A stretch of DNA of 64,000 nucleotides, taken from assembly GCA_044229975.1 (NCBI GenBank), contig JBGARZ010000028.1, positions 1-64,000 on the forward strand, given 5' to 3'. The notes under the pieces were generated by a model. The model was not told the DNA's origin, did not search any database, and worked only from the letters and a program-made list of their open reading frames with translations. The position numbers and the translations under genes are program-made. Below are positions 52,002 to 61,228 of the stretch, one piece after another. Position 1 is the stretch's first letter, and every line of letters starts with the position of its first letter. Source of the DNA: Polyangiales bacterium. GTDB taxonomy: Bacteria; Myxococcota_A; Polyangia; Polyangiales; Ga0077539.

Positions 52002-52016
52002 GGAGGAACCCACTTC

Positions 52017-53306
52017 ATGCAACGACAGTCGTCTGAGCGCGCCATCGTCCTCCTCGTGGCGATGGTGCAGTTCGTCAACATCCTCGACTTCATGATGGTG
52101 ATGCCGATGGGGCCCGATTTCGCGGCGGCCCTCGGCATCCCCATCTCGCGCCTCGGCCTCATCGGCGGCAGCTACACCTTCGCCGCGATGGTCTCCGGCC
52201 TCGCCGGGTCGCTCTTCCTCGACCGCTACGGCCGCCGCAACGCCCTCCTCGTCGCCATGCTCGGCCTCTCTGTCGGAACCGCCCTCGGCGGCTTCGCAAC
52301 CGGCTTCACCTCGCTGCTCGTCGCCCGCGTCCTCGCGGGTGCCTTCGGCGGTCCGGCCACCGCCGTGTCGCTCTCCATCATCGCCGACACCGTTCCGGCC
52401 GAGCGCCGCGGCAAGGCCATGGGGCTCGTGATGGGAGCGTTCTCCATGGCGTCGGTCTTCGGCGTCCCGTTGGGTCTTGAGCTCGCGCGCCGCGGCGGCT
52501 GGCGCCTGCCCTTCTTCGCCGTCGCGACGCTCGGGCTCGTCGCGTGCGCGGTCGCTTCGGCGCTGCTCCCACCGCTGCGCGGTCACCTGGAGCGAACGGT
52601 GTTCAAGGCCGACGGGCTCGCCGGTTCGTACCGCGAGTCGCCCGAGACCTCTGCCGCACCGGTCGCCCCGCCGACGACGTGGTCGCTGCTGCGGAAGCCC
52701 GCGGTGCAGCTCTCGTATCTGATGTCGGCGACGTCGATGATGGGCGGCTTCGTGCTCATCCCCAACATCTCGCCGTACCTCATCCGCAACCTGGGCTATC
52801 CCCGCGAGCACCTCGGGATGCTCTACCTCGTCGGGGGCCTGTGCTCCTTCGCGACGTTGCAGGTGGCGGGTCGCCTCGTCGACAAGCTGGGCGGGCTGAA
52901 GGTCGCGACGCCCGCGACGCTGCTCATCACCTGGGTGGTCTTCGAGGGCTTCGTGCGCGAGCGGCCGTGGATGCCCGTGATCGTGGTCTTCGTGCTGTGG
53001 ATGACCGCGATGGGCTTCCGCAACGTGGGGATGCAGACCACCACGTCGAAGGTGCCGTCACCCGTCGAGCGGGCGCGCTTCATGTCGCTCCAGAGCGCGG
53101 TGCAGCACGGGTCGTCGTCGCTGGGTGCGATGCTCTCGACGGTGCTGCTCACCGAGGGCGCCGACCACCGCATGGTGGGCATGCCGCGCGTGGCCATCGT
53201 GACGGTGGCGTTGTTCGCGGCGCTGCCGCTGTTGCTGGCCGCGTTGGAGCGGGTGGTGCGACGCGAGGCGCAAGCGACCGCGCCCGTCGCGCCGCTGGTC
53301 GCGTAG
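52017..53306 (+). CDS. MFS transporter
   Basis: DFMMVMP, DRYGRR motif A, ERRGKAMG; about 12 TMs; GAGGAG RBS. Confidence 0.93.
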   Translation: MQRQSSERAIVLLVAMVQFVNILDFMMVMPMGPDFAAALGIPISRLGLIGGSYTFAAMVSGLAGSLFLDRYGRRNALLVAMLGLSVGTALGGFATGFTSLLVARVLAGAFGGPATAVSLSIIADTVPAERRGKAMGLVMGAFSMASVFGVPLGLELARRGGWRLPFFAVATLGLVACAVASALLPPLRGHLERTVFKADGLAGSYRESPETSAAPVAPPTTWSLLRKPAVQLSYLMSATSMMGGFVLIPNISPYLIRNLGYPREHLGMLYLVGGLCSFATLQVAGRLVDKLGGLKVATPATLLITWVVFEGFVRERPWMPVIVVFVLWMTAMGFRNVGMQTTTSKVPSPVERARFMSLQSAVQHGSSSLGAMLSTVLLTEGADHRMVGMPRVAIVTVALFAALPLLLAALERVVRREAQATAPVAPLVA

Positions 53307-53621
53307 CCCGCCGAGCAAGCACCCGCCTACGCCCTCGGTGGACGTCCGAAGGGACGCGAGCGCTTGCGTCCGACGCAGGCATGCTCGCCAGACTCTCCGA
53401 GGCCGCGGCGACTCGGGAGGTAAGGCGAAGGACCGGCATCCAGTCATTTCAACCACTTGAAAGATTGTTGTCGAATGTTCTTGACTCGGTTGGAGGGGGG
53501 GGGCGTACAGGCCCAAGATCGAGGGTCAGAACTCTCTTCGTACATGACGATGGTCGGGGGCGGTGCCGGGGGCATGGCATCCCCATCGGTGTTGCCCAGT
53601 CGCCTTCGTGGGAGGTCGTGA

Positions 53622-54002
53622 ATGGCATTCAATCGATTCTTTGATGAAGAGATCGGACGCGCGGCGCAACTGAGCTGTGTCAACGACGGTGCCATCGCAG
53701 ACGCAAAAGCGTACGGTTTTGAACTGGACGATGAGGCCGAGGACTTCTCCGGCATCGCAGCCGGCATCTACGACGCGTTCCTCAAAGAGATGGACGCGGG
53801 GAAGACGGTGCTCTTCCGGGTTCGGAGGGTTGCCGACGGAGAGGAACATCTGGTGACACCGACCGATACTCCGATCGTGCTTTCGATGTTTCCGGGCAGC
53901 GTCGTCGCGAGGATTCGATTCATGCCCGGCAAAAAGGTGCTGACCGCGCGGCTGCTCTCGGGCACTGGCACTCTCTATCTTGTCCCAATCGTCCCATTGT
54001 GA
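53622..54002 (+). CDS. Hypothetical protein (126 aa), first gene of the atypical locus
   Basis: GGAGG RBS before ATG; protein-like composition; same strand as the rest of the locus. Confidence 0.65.
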   Translation: MAFNRFFDEEIGRAAQLSCVNDGAIADAKAYGFELDDEAEDFSGIAAGIYDAFLKEMDAGKTVLFRVRRVADGEEHLVTPTDTPIVLSMFPGSVVARIRFMPGKKVLTARLLSGTGTLYLVPIVPL

Positions 54003-54041
54003 ATCCAAGGCTGAGGGGCAACTGCGCACCGGAGCACAAAT

Positions 54042-54404
54042 ATGGCCACTAGCATCATTCGGGTCACCAAGGGCATCCAGCGCGTAACGTCAGACGGGCT
54101 GGTTGGCATCGATCAGGCGGTCGATGTGACGGGCTATCATACGGCCCGGCTGGCCTTGAAGATTATCGGAGTCGAAAACGCTGACTCGCCTCATCTCGTG
54201 GTCGCCATTCAGACCTCGATGACGCTGGATGACCCAGACAACGCTCCTCTCCTCGGTGGCTTCGTATTCTCCGAAGAGAAGGGGCTCGTGATGGTGCAGA
54301 CCTTCCCCGGCCTGCTCCGTTATTTGTGGTTCAACGCGTCAGAGTTCGAGGGAGAGGGCGCCGACGCCTTCTCTTTCAGCCTCGAAGGGCTCGTCTACGA
54401 CTGA
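54042..54404 (+). CDS. Small beta-rich protein, paralog A
   Basis: GGAG RBS; motifs IQTSM..DD and GLLRYLWF, C-terminal FSLEG, shared with the next two ORFs. Confidence 0.8.
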   Translation: MATSIIRVTKGIQRVTSDGLVGIDQAVDVTGYHTARLALKIIGVENADSPHLVVAIQTSMTLDDPDNAPLLGGFVFSEEKGLVMVQTFPGLLRYLWFNASEFEGEGADAFSFSLEGLVYD

Positions 54405-54488
54405 CCGGCCGGCGACATCGGATTCCCCCAATGCCGACGGTCTCGAAGGCGTCGGCCCAACGTCAACAGAAAGCGAAGGAGCAAGACC

Positions 54489-54851
54489 ATGGCTGGACAA
54501 CCCATCAACATCACCCGCGGTTCGACCACCCTTTCGGCGACAGCGTCGCAGTCCGCCAAAGAGGCCATCGACCTTCAGGGCACTAGCGGGCTCCGCTTCG
54601 ACTTCGCCCTACGGGGTTACTTCATCAGCGGTTCGGGGGCGAGTGTCACGGTGAAGGTGCAGACCTCGATGTTCAACGATGACAATCCCGGAAATTGGGT
54701 TGACCTGGCGACCTTTGGCGCGGTGACAGGCTCCAACGTCACGGAGGTCAGCAGCGTTGACTCCGGGGTGCTGCGGTACCTCCGCTACGTCGCCACGCTC
54801 AATGCCAACACCACGAGCTTCACCTTCGAAGTTCAGGGCATGGCCTGGTAG
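54489..54851 (+). CDS. Small beta-rich protein, paralog B (capsid-cement/jelly-roll-like)
   Basis: AAGGAG RBS; AIDL, VTVKVQTSM..DD..WVDLATF, GVLRYLRY, FEVQG. Confidence 0.82.
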   Translation: MAGQPINITRGSTTLSATASQSAKEAIDLQGTSGLRFDFALRGYFISGSGASVTVKVQTSMFNDDNPGNWVDLATFGAVTGSNVTEVSSVDSGVLRYLRYVATLNANTTSFTFEVQGMAW

Positions 54852-54857
54852 GCTGTC

Positions 54858-55205
54858 ATGGAGGCCGTCATCCGCTTCACGGAGAAGCCGCAGTGGGTGA
54901 CGGCCACGGGGCCGTCGTCCTCGTGGGACGTGATGAGCTTCGTGAACTTCCGCGGGCTCGAGCTGTCGCTGCGGCTCGTCGGGTTTGAAGGCGCGAGCGA
55001 TCCGGTGCTACAGGTCGCCATGGAGACCGGGATGAGGTTCGACGAAGACTTCGCGCCGCTCGGGCGCTTTCTCCCGCTGGTGATGCCGGGGGAGGTCTGC
55101 ACCCGTCGCTTCGAGGGCCTGCTCCGCTTCGCCCGTTGGAACGTGGTGCAGCTCGCTGGAGCGACCGCGGCGTGCTTCGTCCTCGAAGGCAAGGCGCTGC
55201 CCTGA
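54858..55205 (+). CDS. Small beta-rich protein, paralog C
   Basis: METGM..DE, LGRF, GLLRFARW, FVLEG; colinear with A and B. Confidence 0.8.
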   Translation: MEAVIRFTEKPQWVTATGPSSSWDVMSFVNFRGLELSLRLVGFEGASDPVLQVAMETGMRFDEDFAPLGRFLPLVMPGEVCTRRFEGLLRFARWNVVQLAGATAACFVLEGKALP

Positions 55206-55230
55206 CGGGCTGGTCGCAGGGAGGTCGTCG

Positions 55231-57321
55231 ATGTCGCTGTTCGATTCCATCAACAAGGTCATCGATGTCACCGCCCATGGGGTGAGGCCCGGCGCGCCGG
55301 GAGAAGCGCTCGTCGACAACACCGCGGCCTTCAACACCATCATCAACCGAGGCGGTAGCGACGGACTTCGGGTGAATACGGCGGGCTTCAGCCCTCCGTT
55401 TGTGGCGCCCCAGTACCGGGGTACGCTCTACCTGCCTCCCGGACGTTACCTGTTCCGAACGGACCCCGCCATAACGCTAAATTGGCTGATCAACTTCGCC
55501 AATGAGGTTGGCGTCAACGGCACGTTCAGGCAGGAGATGCAAGACGCGCAGCAAGCTCGGCTTGCGCGGCCGTTTGGGGATTCGGTGCGCTTCCCGGAGG
55601 GCACGACTTTGTGGCTGGCACCTGGCGCGGTCCTGGTCCCCGAGCGTGGCTGTGTCGTCGATATATCTTCGTTGCTCATCTGTGGAGATGAAGGCTGCTT
55701 TGATCTCTCGCTCGGTGGCCTAGTCGTGTTCGGTCGAGCCGTGCCCGTTCTCCGTCCGGAGTGGTGGAGGGTATCTAGTCCAGCTCGGAGCGGCGTTGAG
55801 GACGTCGGTGACTCTGCGGTCATTCAATACGCGATCGACGCCGCAATCCACAATCGATCAATTGTCTACCCTTTCGTGTATCCGCAGTACGTCGTGGCTG
55901 GTGGGCAAAACGTTCTATCCCGCTGGTATCGGGGCGAAAAGAGCATTCGGCGACCATCGTTGGTCGTCGAGTTTCGTGGCGAGTACACGTTGCAGCAGAC
56001 CGTCAACGTTCGCGCTGACGCCCTTCACAATGGGATCTGGTTGCAGCGTAGGACGCCAGGTAACACTTCCGACTCCCTGCCGAGCGGCGCGACCAGCTTC
56101 ACGCGAGACGGTATCGCTAGTTCCGAGGCCGCGACCGTGCTCCGCGGCGTGTGGAACGGAGGCCGCTTTCGTGGGGCGACCTTGAACGCGGGCAAGCGAT
56201 TGGGCGAAAATCCCCTGTTGCGGCTGACCTTCTGTCAAGGCATGACGGTCGAGAACCTCACCTTTGTGTGTCCATCGGGCGGCTATCAGCCCGGCATCGA
56301 GTTCCGAGCGTCGTCGGTCGAGGAGTTTGGTGGAGCTTTCCTGGCAGCAGCGCAGGACATCGCGGTTCGACAGTGTCGCTTTGACGGTACTGCCCAACCG
56401 ATGGTGCAAGTCGGCGCTCGAACCGAGCTGTTCACTGGACGACCTCGCCTGACTGAACTCCCGTACGCGATAGGCCGCAACGATGCCGGCACGGACCTCT
56501 CCCTGCTGTCTTTCGAGGACTGCGAGTTCGTGCTCTTCGACCGTGCGATCGGCATCGATGTGAGGGCCAACCAGTCTTTCGCGATGCGATATACGCGCTG
56601 CGATTTCAAGGGAGGCGCGGCGGCGATGCTGTCACTGTGGGGAGGCTCGCACTACCTGCATGGCTGCCGCTTCTTCAACAACTGGCGGGTGCCATCCAGT
56701 ACGCCCCTGCCGAGCAACCCTACGGATAGCCGCGGGTTCGAACTCCCCGACTCGTCAGACTTGTTCCTGCGAGCGGAGCTTCCGATGTTGGTCCCCGCAG
56801 CGGTGGCCGCCCCTCGCGGGGCACTCGCGGCCTACACTCGCCTGGCGTTATCGAGCCCAGGTGGTCAGGCCGTCGTCGTGACGAATCAAGACTTCCTCCC
56901 GAGCGTCCTGACCCTCGGGTGCGTGTCAGACAGCGTTCAGTTTCTCTCCACGGTTGCACCGGGCCCCCTTGTCTCTGCTCAGAATGCTGACTGGCCTGTG
57001 GTGCTGGTGGGCACCCGTCATCGGGCGCCTTCGGGCTCGGTTGCTCCTTCCGTGCGCTGGGGGCTCATCAACACCGCGAGGGTGGCGACTCGGGGACCCG
57101 ACTCGAGGCGCGACATGAAGCGCGGGGGGCCGTTGGCCATCGTGGGAGGGTTCTATTCGGGCGGAATGTTCGTCCTTCGAGCGGCATGCCAGAGCGCGGT
57201 CGTGGGCGCGAGGATGGGAGTCACCCCAGGCGTCTGGATGGAGGGTGGAGCCAATCCTGTCGGTAGCTGGCCGGCGACGACGGTCTTCGGTCTCCGTGCG
57301 GATCAGGGGAGACCCCTGTAA
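55231..57321 (+). CDS. Tailspike/pectate-lyase-3-like (probable beta-helix) protein, paralog 1
   Basis: GGAGG RBS; IDVTAHG..DNTAAF..LYLPPGRY, RPEWW..DSAVIQYAIDAA, repeated (D/Q)C.F units; no signal peptide evident. Confidence 0.75.
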   Translation: MSLFDSINKVIDVTAHGVRPGAPGEALVDNTAAFNTIINRGGSDGLRVNTAGFSPPFVAPQYRGTLYLPPGRYLFRTDPAITLNWLINFANEVGVNGTFRQEMQDAQQARLARPFGDSVRFPEGTTLWLAPGAVLVPERGCVVDISSLLICGDEGCFDLSLGGLVVFGRAVPVLRPEWWRVSSPARSGVEDVGDSAVIQYAIDAAIHNRSIVYPFVYPQYVVAGGQNVLSRWYRGEKSIRRPSLVVEFRGEYTLQQTVNVRADALHNGIWLQRRTPGNTSDSLPSGATSFTRDGIASSEAATVLRGVWNGGRFRGATLNAGKRLGENPLLRLTFCQGMTVENLTFVCPSGGYQPGIEFRASSVEEFGGAFLAAAQDIAVRQCRFDGTAQPMVQVGARTELFTGRPRLTELPYAIGRNDAGTDLSLLSFEDCEFVLFDRAIGIDVRANQSFAMRYTRCDFKGGAAAMLSLWGGSHYLHGCRFFNNWRVPSSTPLPSNPTDSRGFELPDSSDLFLRAELPMLVPAAVAAPRGALAAYTRLALSSPGGQAVVVTNQDFLPSVLTLGCVSDSVQFLSTVAPGPLVSAQNADWPVVLVGTRHRAPSGSVAPSVRWGLINTARVATRGPDSRRDMKRGGPLAIVGGFYSGGMFVLRAACQSAVVGARMGVTPGVWMEGGANPVGSWPATTVFGLRADQGRPL

Positions 57322-57329
57322 GCCGATCG

Positions 57330-59291
57330 ATGCGCGAAGAGAGGTGTCGAGTGGTCAAGCGATCCGGCGGGCGGCGATGGTGTGCTTTGGGTGCGACTCT
57401 GCTCTTTGCCGGGTGCTCGAAAGAGGCGGCGAGCCATGTGGCGCACGACGCGTCTGTCGATCGGTCAGCCGTTGCCGTGGACGTTTCGGACATCGCCGGG
57501 GACGTCTCGGACATCGGCGAGGACGTTGCCTCGTCGCCGGACGCTGGAATCGATGTGGTGACGCCCCGTGACGACGGACGCCGTGATGTTGTCGTGGTTC
57601 GCGACGCTGGGTCTCGCGACGCCGGCGCTATCGTCCCAGTGGACCTCGGGCCGGCGCTGGAGGTTCCCCTCGATCCGATGGGTGTTCCGGCACCGGGAAG
57701 TGAATGCACCGGAGATGCGGGCGTGCGACCGGGCGACCCCAGCATCGCGCCACCGCGACCTATCCTGCCGCAGTCGGTGTCGCGAGTCACCTCGCAGAGG
57801 CCGTCGTTTCGCTGGGTGCTGCCTGAGGGGACAACGGGCGCGCGAGTCGAGGTCTGCGCCGACCGATGCTGCGTACGGGTGATCCAGACGCTGGAGGCCG
57901 AAGGGACGACGGTGCGGCCAACAACAGCGCTGCCGCCGGGGGTGGTGTATTGGCGGATGTTCGGCCGCCGGGCGGGGATGACGGGGTCGCGGGCGTCCTA
58001 CACATGGGAGTTCGAGGTGCGGCGAAGGGACACGCCCGTCGACTCCAGTTGGGGGACGATTCGGGACTTCACGGGGGACGGGTATGACGATCTGTTGATG
58101 CGGGCTGATGATTACAATTCCGACGGGACACGATCACTATACGTTGTAGAAGGAGCGCTGGGCGGGCCGAGGCCGCCGCGTTTGATTGCTCAGTTGAACG
58201 TCGTCCCATACCTCGGTCGGGCGAAGGTGGGCGATTTCAATGGCGATGGTCGCGCAGACATCGCCTATTATTCAAGTGACAGTGAGCATAGCGTAGTTGG
58301 AGTCGTCCAAAGTGAGGCGGCTGGATCACACCGCGCCTTCTCGATTGGATTCCCTCGTGCGGAGCAAATTGGGATGAGCGGACCGACAATAGTGGACTGG
58401 GACGGTGATGGATACTCAGATCTTGTGGCCACAGCCTATAGTCGGCCAGTGGACGACTTCTGGGGATCTCTGTTGCTGATCTATCGGGGATCGCCGAGCG
58501 GGCTTTCTGCCCGTCCGCAGTCGATCGCCCGAATGTCGACACGTCTAGGTCCGTTGATCTATATCCACGGATCTGTTAGCGACGTTGATAGTGATGGTTA
58601 TGGCGACATCATGATTGCGTATCTGGCGGGTAACGGACGACACCTTGGTTATTCGCTGGTGTTTGGCGGCGAGCAGGCGGCGGTTCGTTCTGAACCCCTC
58701 TGGTCGACGGCGGTCCCCGATGGATTAAGCGATGGCCAGGCGCTGTTGCAGTGTGTCGCGGATGTGGACGGCGATGGCCAGGGAGATCAAGTTGTATCGC
58801 TTTTGGGATCGCCCGGATTCTACCTCTTTCGACATGCATCGGGGTTCGACGTGCCATCTTCGTTCATGTTGGCACCGCCAACCGCCGGAGGAGCAGATTT
58901 CGGATTCATCGTAGAGCCGACCGACCTGAACGGTGATGGTTTCGCCGACCTACTCGTGAGGTCGTCCAGCAGCGCGACCGAAACCTGGGGAATGACTGGT
59001 TTCCCGTTCAACGCCGGACGCATGTACGTCTACTTTGGCGCACGAGATGGCGTGTTCGCTGATCCAATCTGGTTTGACCGGATGCGACCGACGGATCCTG
59101 CCGACAACCCGCGTGCCTTCGCCGCGACGGTGCTGTCTCCGGGGGACCTCAATGGAGATGGCTTCGACGACGCGGCGATAGGTGATCTCTCGCGACGCGC
59201 GTGTTGTTACGTGATGGGAAGCACCAGTCCGGTGGGGTCGCATCTTGGCGGATGTCTCGCGATTCCTGGACACGGCTTGGATCTCTACTGA
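57330..59291 (+). CDS. FG-GAP/VCBS repeat lipoprotein
   Basis: FAGC lipobox, D/A-rich linker, about seven D.[NDT]GDG..D repeats. Confidence 0.88.
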   Translation: MREERCRVVKRSGGRRWCALGATLLFAGCSKEAASHVAHDASVDRSAVAVDVSDIAGDVSDIGEDVASSPDAGIDVVTPRDDGRRDVVVVRDAGSRDAGAIVPVDLGPALEVPLDPMGVPAPGSECTGDAGVRPGDPSIAPPRPILPQSVSRVTSQRPSFRWVLPEGTTGARVEVCADRCCVRVIQTLEAEGTTVRPTTALPPGVVYWRMFGRRAGMTGSRASYTWEFEVRRRDTPVDSSWGTIRDFTGDGYDDLLMRADDYNSDGTRSLYVVEGALGGPRPPRLIAQLNVVPYLGRAKVGDFNGDGRADIAYYSSDSEHSVVGVVQSEAAGSHRAFSIGFPRAEQIGMSGPTIVDWDGDGYSDLVATAYSRPVDDFWGSLLLIYRGSPSGLSARPQSIARMSTRLGPLIYIHGSVSDVDSDGYGDIMIAYLAGNGRHLGYSLVFGGEQAAVRSEPLWSTAVPDGLSDGQALLQCVADVDGDGQGDQVVSLLGSPGFYLFRHASGFDVPSSFMLAPPTAGGADFGFIVEPTDLNGDGFADLLVRSSSSATETWGMTGFPFNAGRMYVYFGARDGVFADPIWFDRMRPTDPADNPRAFAATVLSPGDLNGDGFDDAAIGDLSRRACCYVMGSTSPVGSHLGGCLAIPGHGLDLY

Positions 59292-59300
59292 GAGGTTAAG

Positions 59301-61228
59301 ATGTCGGACGACTACGGATCAGAACTACGCAACGTTCTCAACGGTATTCTGCCTGATCAACGACCTCTGGCGGCCGACGTCACCTCCTACGGACCTTCCA
59401 TATCGAGCGTGTTCAGGTCTCTCGCTCGCATCGTCTCGGATCCGGTGGGTGGCACCACTGGCACGCCACCTCAGATTCTATATTTTCCGCCTGGGCGCTA
59501 TGTACTAAACCGTAGCCCCGAACTTAACGCGGAGACATTTACGGTTCCCAAGGAGTCGAACTCTTCTTTGCCAATGACGCCATTCTCCGCGTCGGCCCGG
59601 GCGTTACGCTGGTGATCGCCGGGACGATCCGCGCAGGTCAGCAACAGATCTTCGGCTTCAATCGCTTCGAGATATCAGGCCGTTTCGATCGCGAAGGCCG
59701 TTTCGATCCGGCGGGCAGCAACCTTCGACTCGGCGTGTCGTTCCCCATCCCGAACGGCATGGTACCGGGTGTACCTGCGACGGTCACCTGGCCGGTCGGG
59801 GTAGTCGATGAGTCCGGGCGCCGGGTACCCTGTGGACGAGTCGTGATCTCCAGCGACGACGTTCCGCTGGTCCGTCCCGAGTGGTGGGGCGCCCGTGCTT
59901 GGGATGTGTCAGAGATCCAGGCGGCGACCACACCGCCTGCGGGCCACGACTCCTGGGATGCCTTTCAGGGTGCGATCGACGCGGCCTGCATCGGACGTGC
60001 GGTGCGAGGTCGGCCCCCGATCCCCATCGCATTGACGGGGCTGTACCAGATCGTCCGCGCGTTGGAGATCCGTCCGCCGACGGGCCCGAGTGGGGCCTTG
60101 ATTCCCACTTGTCTGGTGTGGCGTGGGACTGCGGGTTTGCGTAGTCGGCTGGCCACTGTGGCACGCAATCCTTTGGCGGCACGCACCAAACGTGGGCAAC
60201 CCGCCGAGGTCCTCTTGCGGTTGCATCCAGGGGTTGACTTCGATCTTCGGGACGTCAGCCTCAGCACCGACTTGAACATCGATGGTGTGATCGAGGTCGT
60301 CTGCGACGATAGCGAAGCTTCGGGACGACGGGGCCTCCTGAAAAGAGTCACTCTCACCGGAACCGCAGCACAGTTTCTGTTGCGAATCGTCGAGACGGGT
60401 AACTCGACCGCGCGTCGTCAGTTTGTTGTTGACAGTTGTGCCTTGGTGCAGATTCCCAATCTTCCATGTCGCCACGACGTGCAACTCGACACCGGCCCCG
60501 GGGTCATGCTTCGAGTCAGCAACACGCTGATGGGACCGCCTACGCAACCGAACGAAGTTCTGCAGTTGACTCCCGAGGCCATCGGCCACGCGACCTGCCA
60601 TCTGACAGGAGGAGCCGCGCTGTTGGATTCGCTGTTGTTCCACCAGGCGCTAGGGCCGCGTCCGTCGCGCGATCCCCCGCTGCTCGACGAGCCCGATGGT
60701 CAAGACATCTTCCTCGGAGCCCCGAGCAAGGGTAGTGGCCGTCCGGCGACTCAACTGACGGTCATGATGTGTGAGTCGCAGGGCTTCTGGCTGCTTGGAC
60801 GCGATTCTAACGTGACCCGGGCTCATCAAGCGGTGTTGCTCGGTGTGGCTCACTACCTGTCCGTTGATGCGAGGAACGATCTCCGTTGGACTGAATGGAC
60901 CAGGCAGCCGCCGCCAACGGAGGCGCAAGCGTCGTCGCGCATGGTCCCGAGCGTGGTCTGGCGAGGGGCGGTCGGACAGTGCGTAATGATCGGATGTCGG
61001 CTGGGGATGTCGATGGTGCTAAGTGAAGCCGATACCATCGTGAACGTGGCGACGACCTTCAACAACCTGGATGTAGGGGATAGCCGCAAGTTGTACCTGC
61101 GTGAAGAGCACATGGTTCGGAGGGGGACTGGATACACGCACCCCGACCTCGCGATGGCATCCAACACCTTCGACGGTGCCGTGCGGCACCTGGTGCCTAT
61201 CCTCGAAGACGGCAGGATGGTGCGATGA
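59301..61228 (+). pseudogene. Tailspike-like paralog 2, split by a 1-nt frameshift near 59550 (or a sequencing error)
   Basis: ORF 59301 (LYFPPGRY..FTVP) continues in the -1 frame from 59552 (GVELFFANDAILRVGPGVTLVIAG..RPEWWGA..DAFQGAIDAA), which matches paralogs 1 and 3. Confidence 0.75.

Noticed and set aside
59541..59560. Programmed -1 frameshift signal
   Set aside because: No X XXY YYZ heptamer at the junction; a simple indel explains it better.
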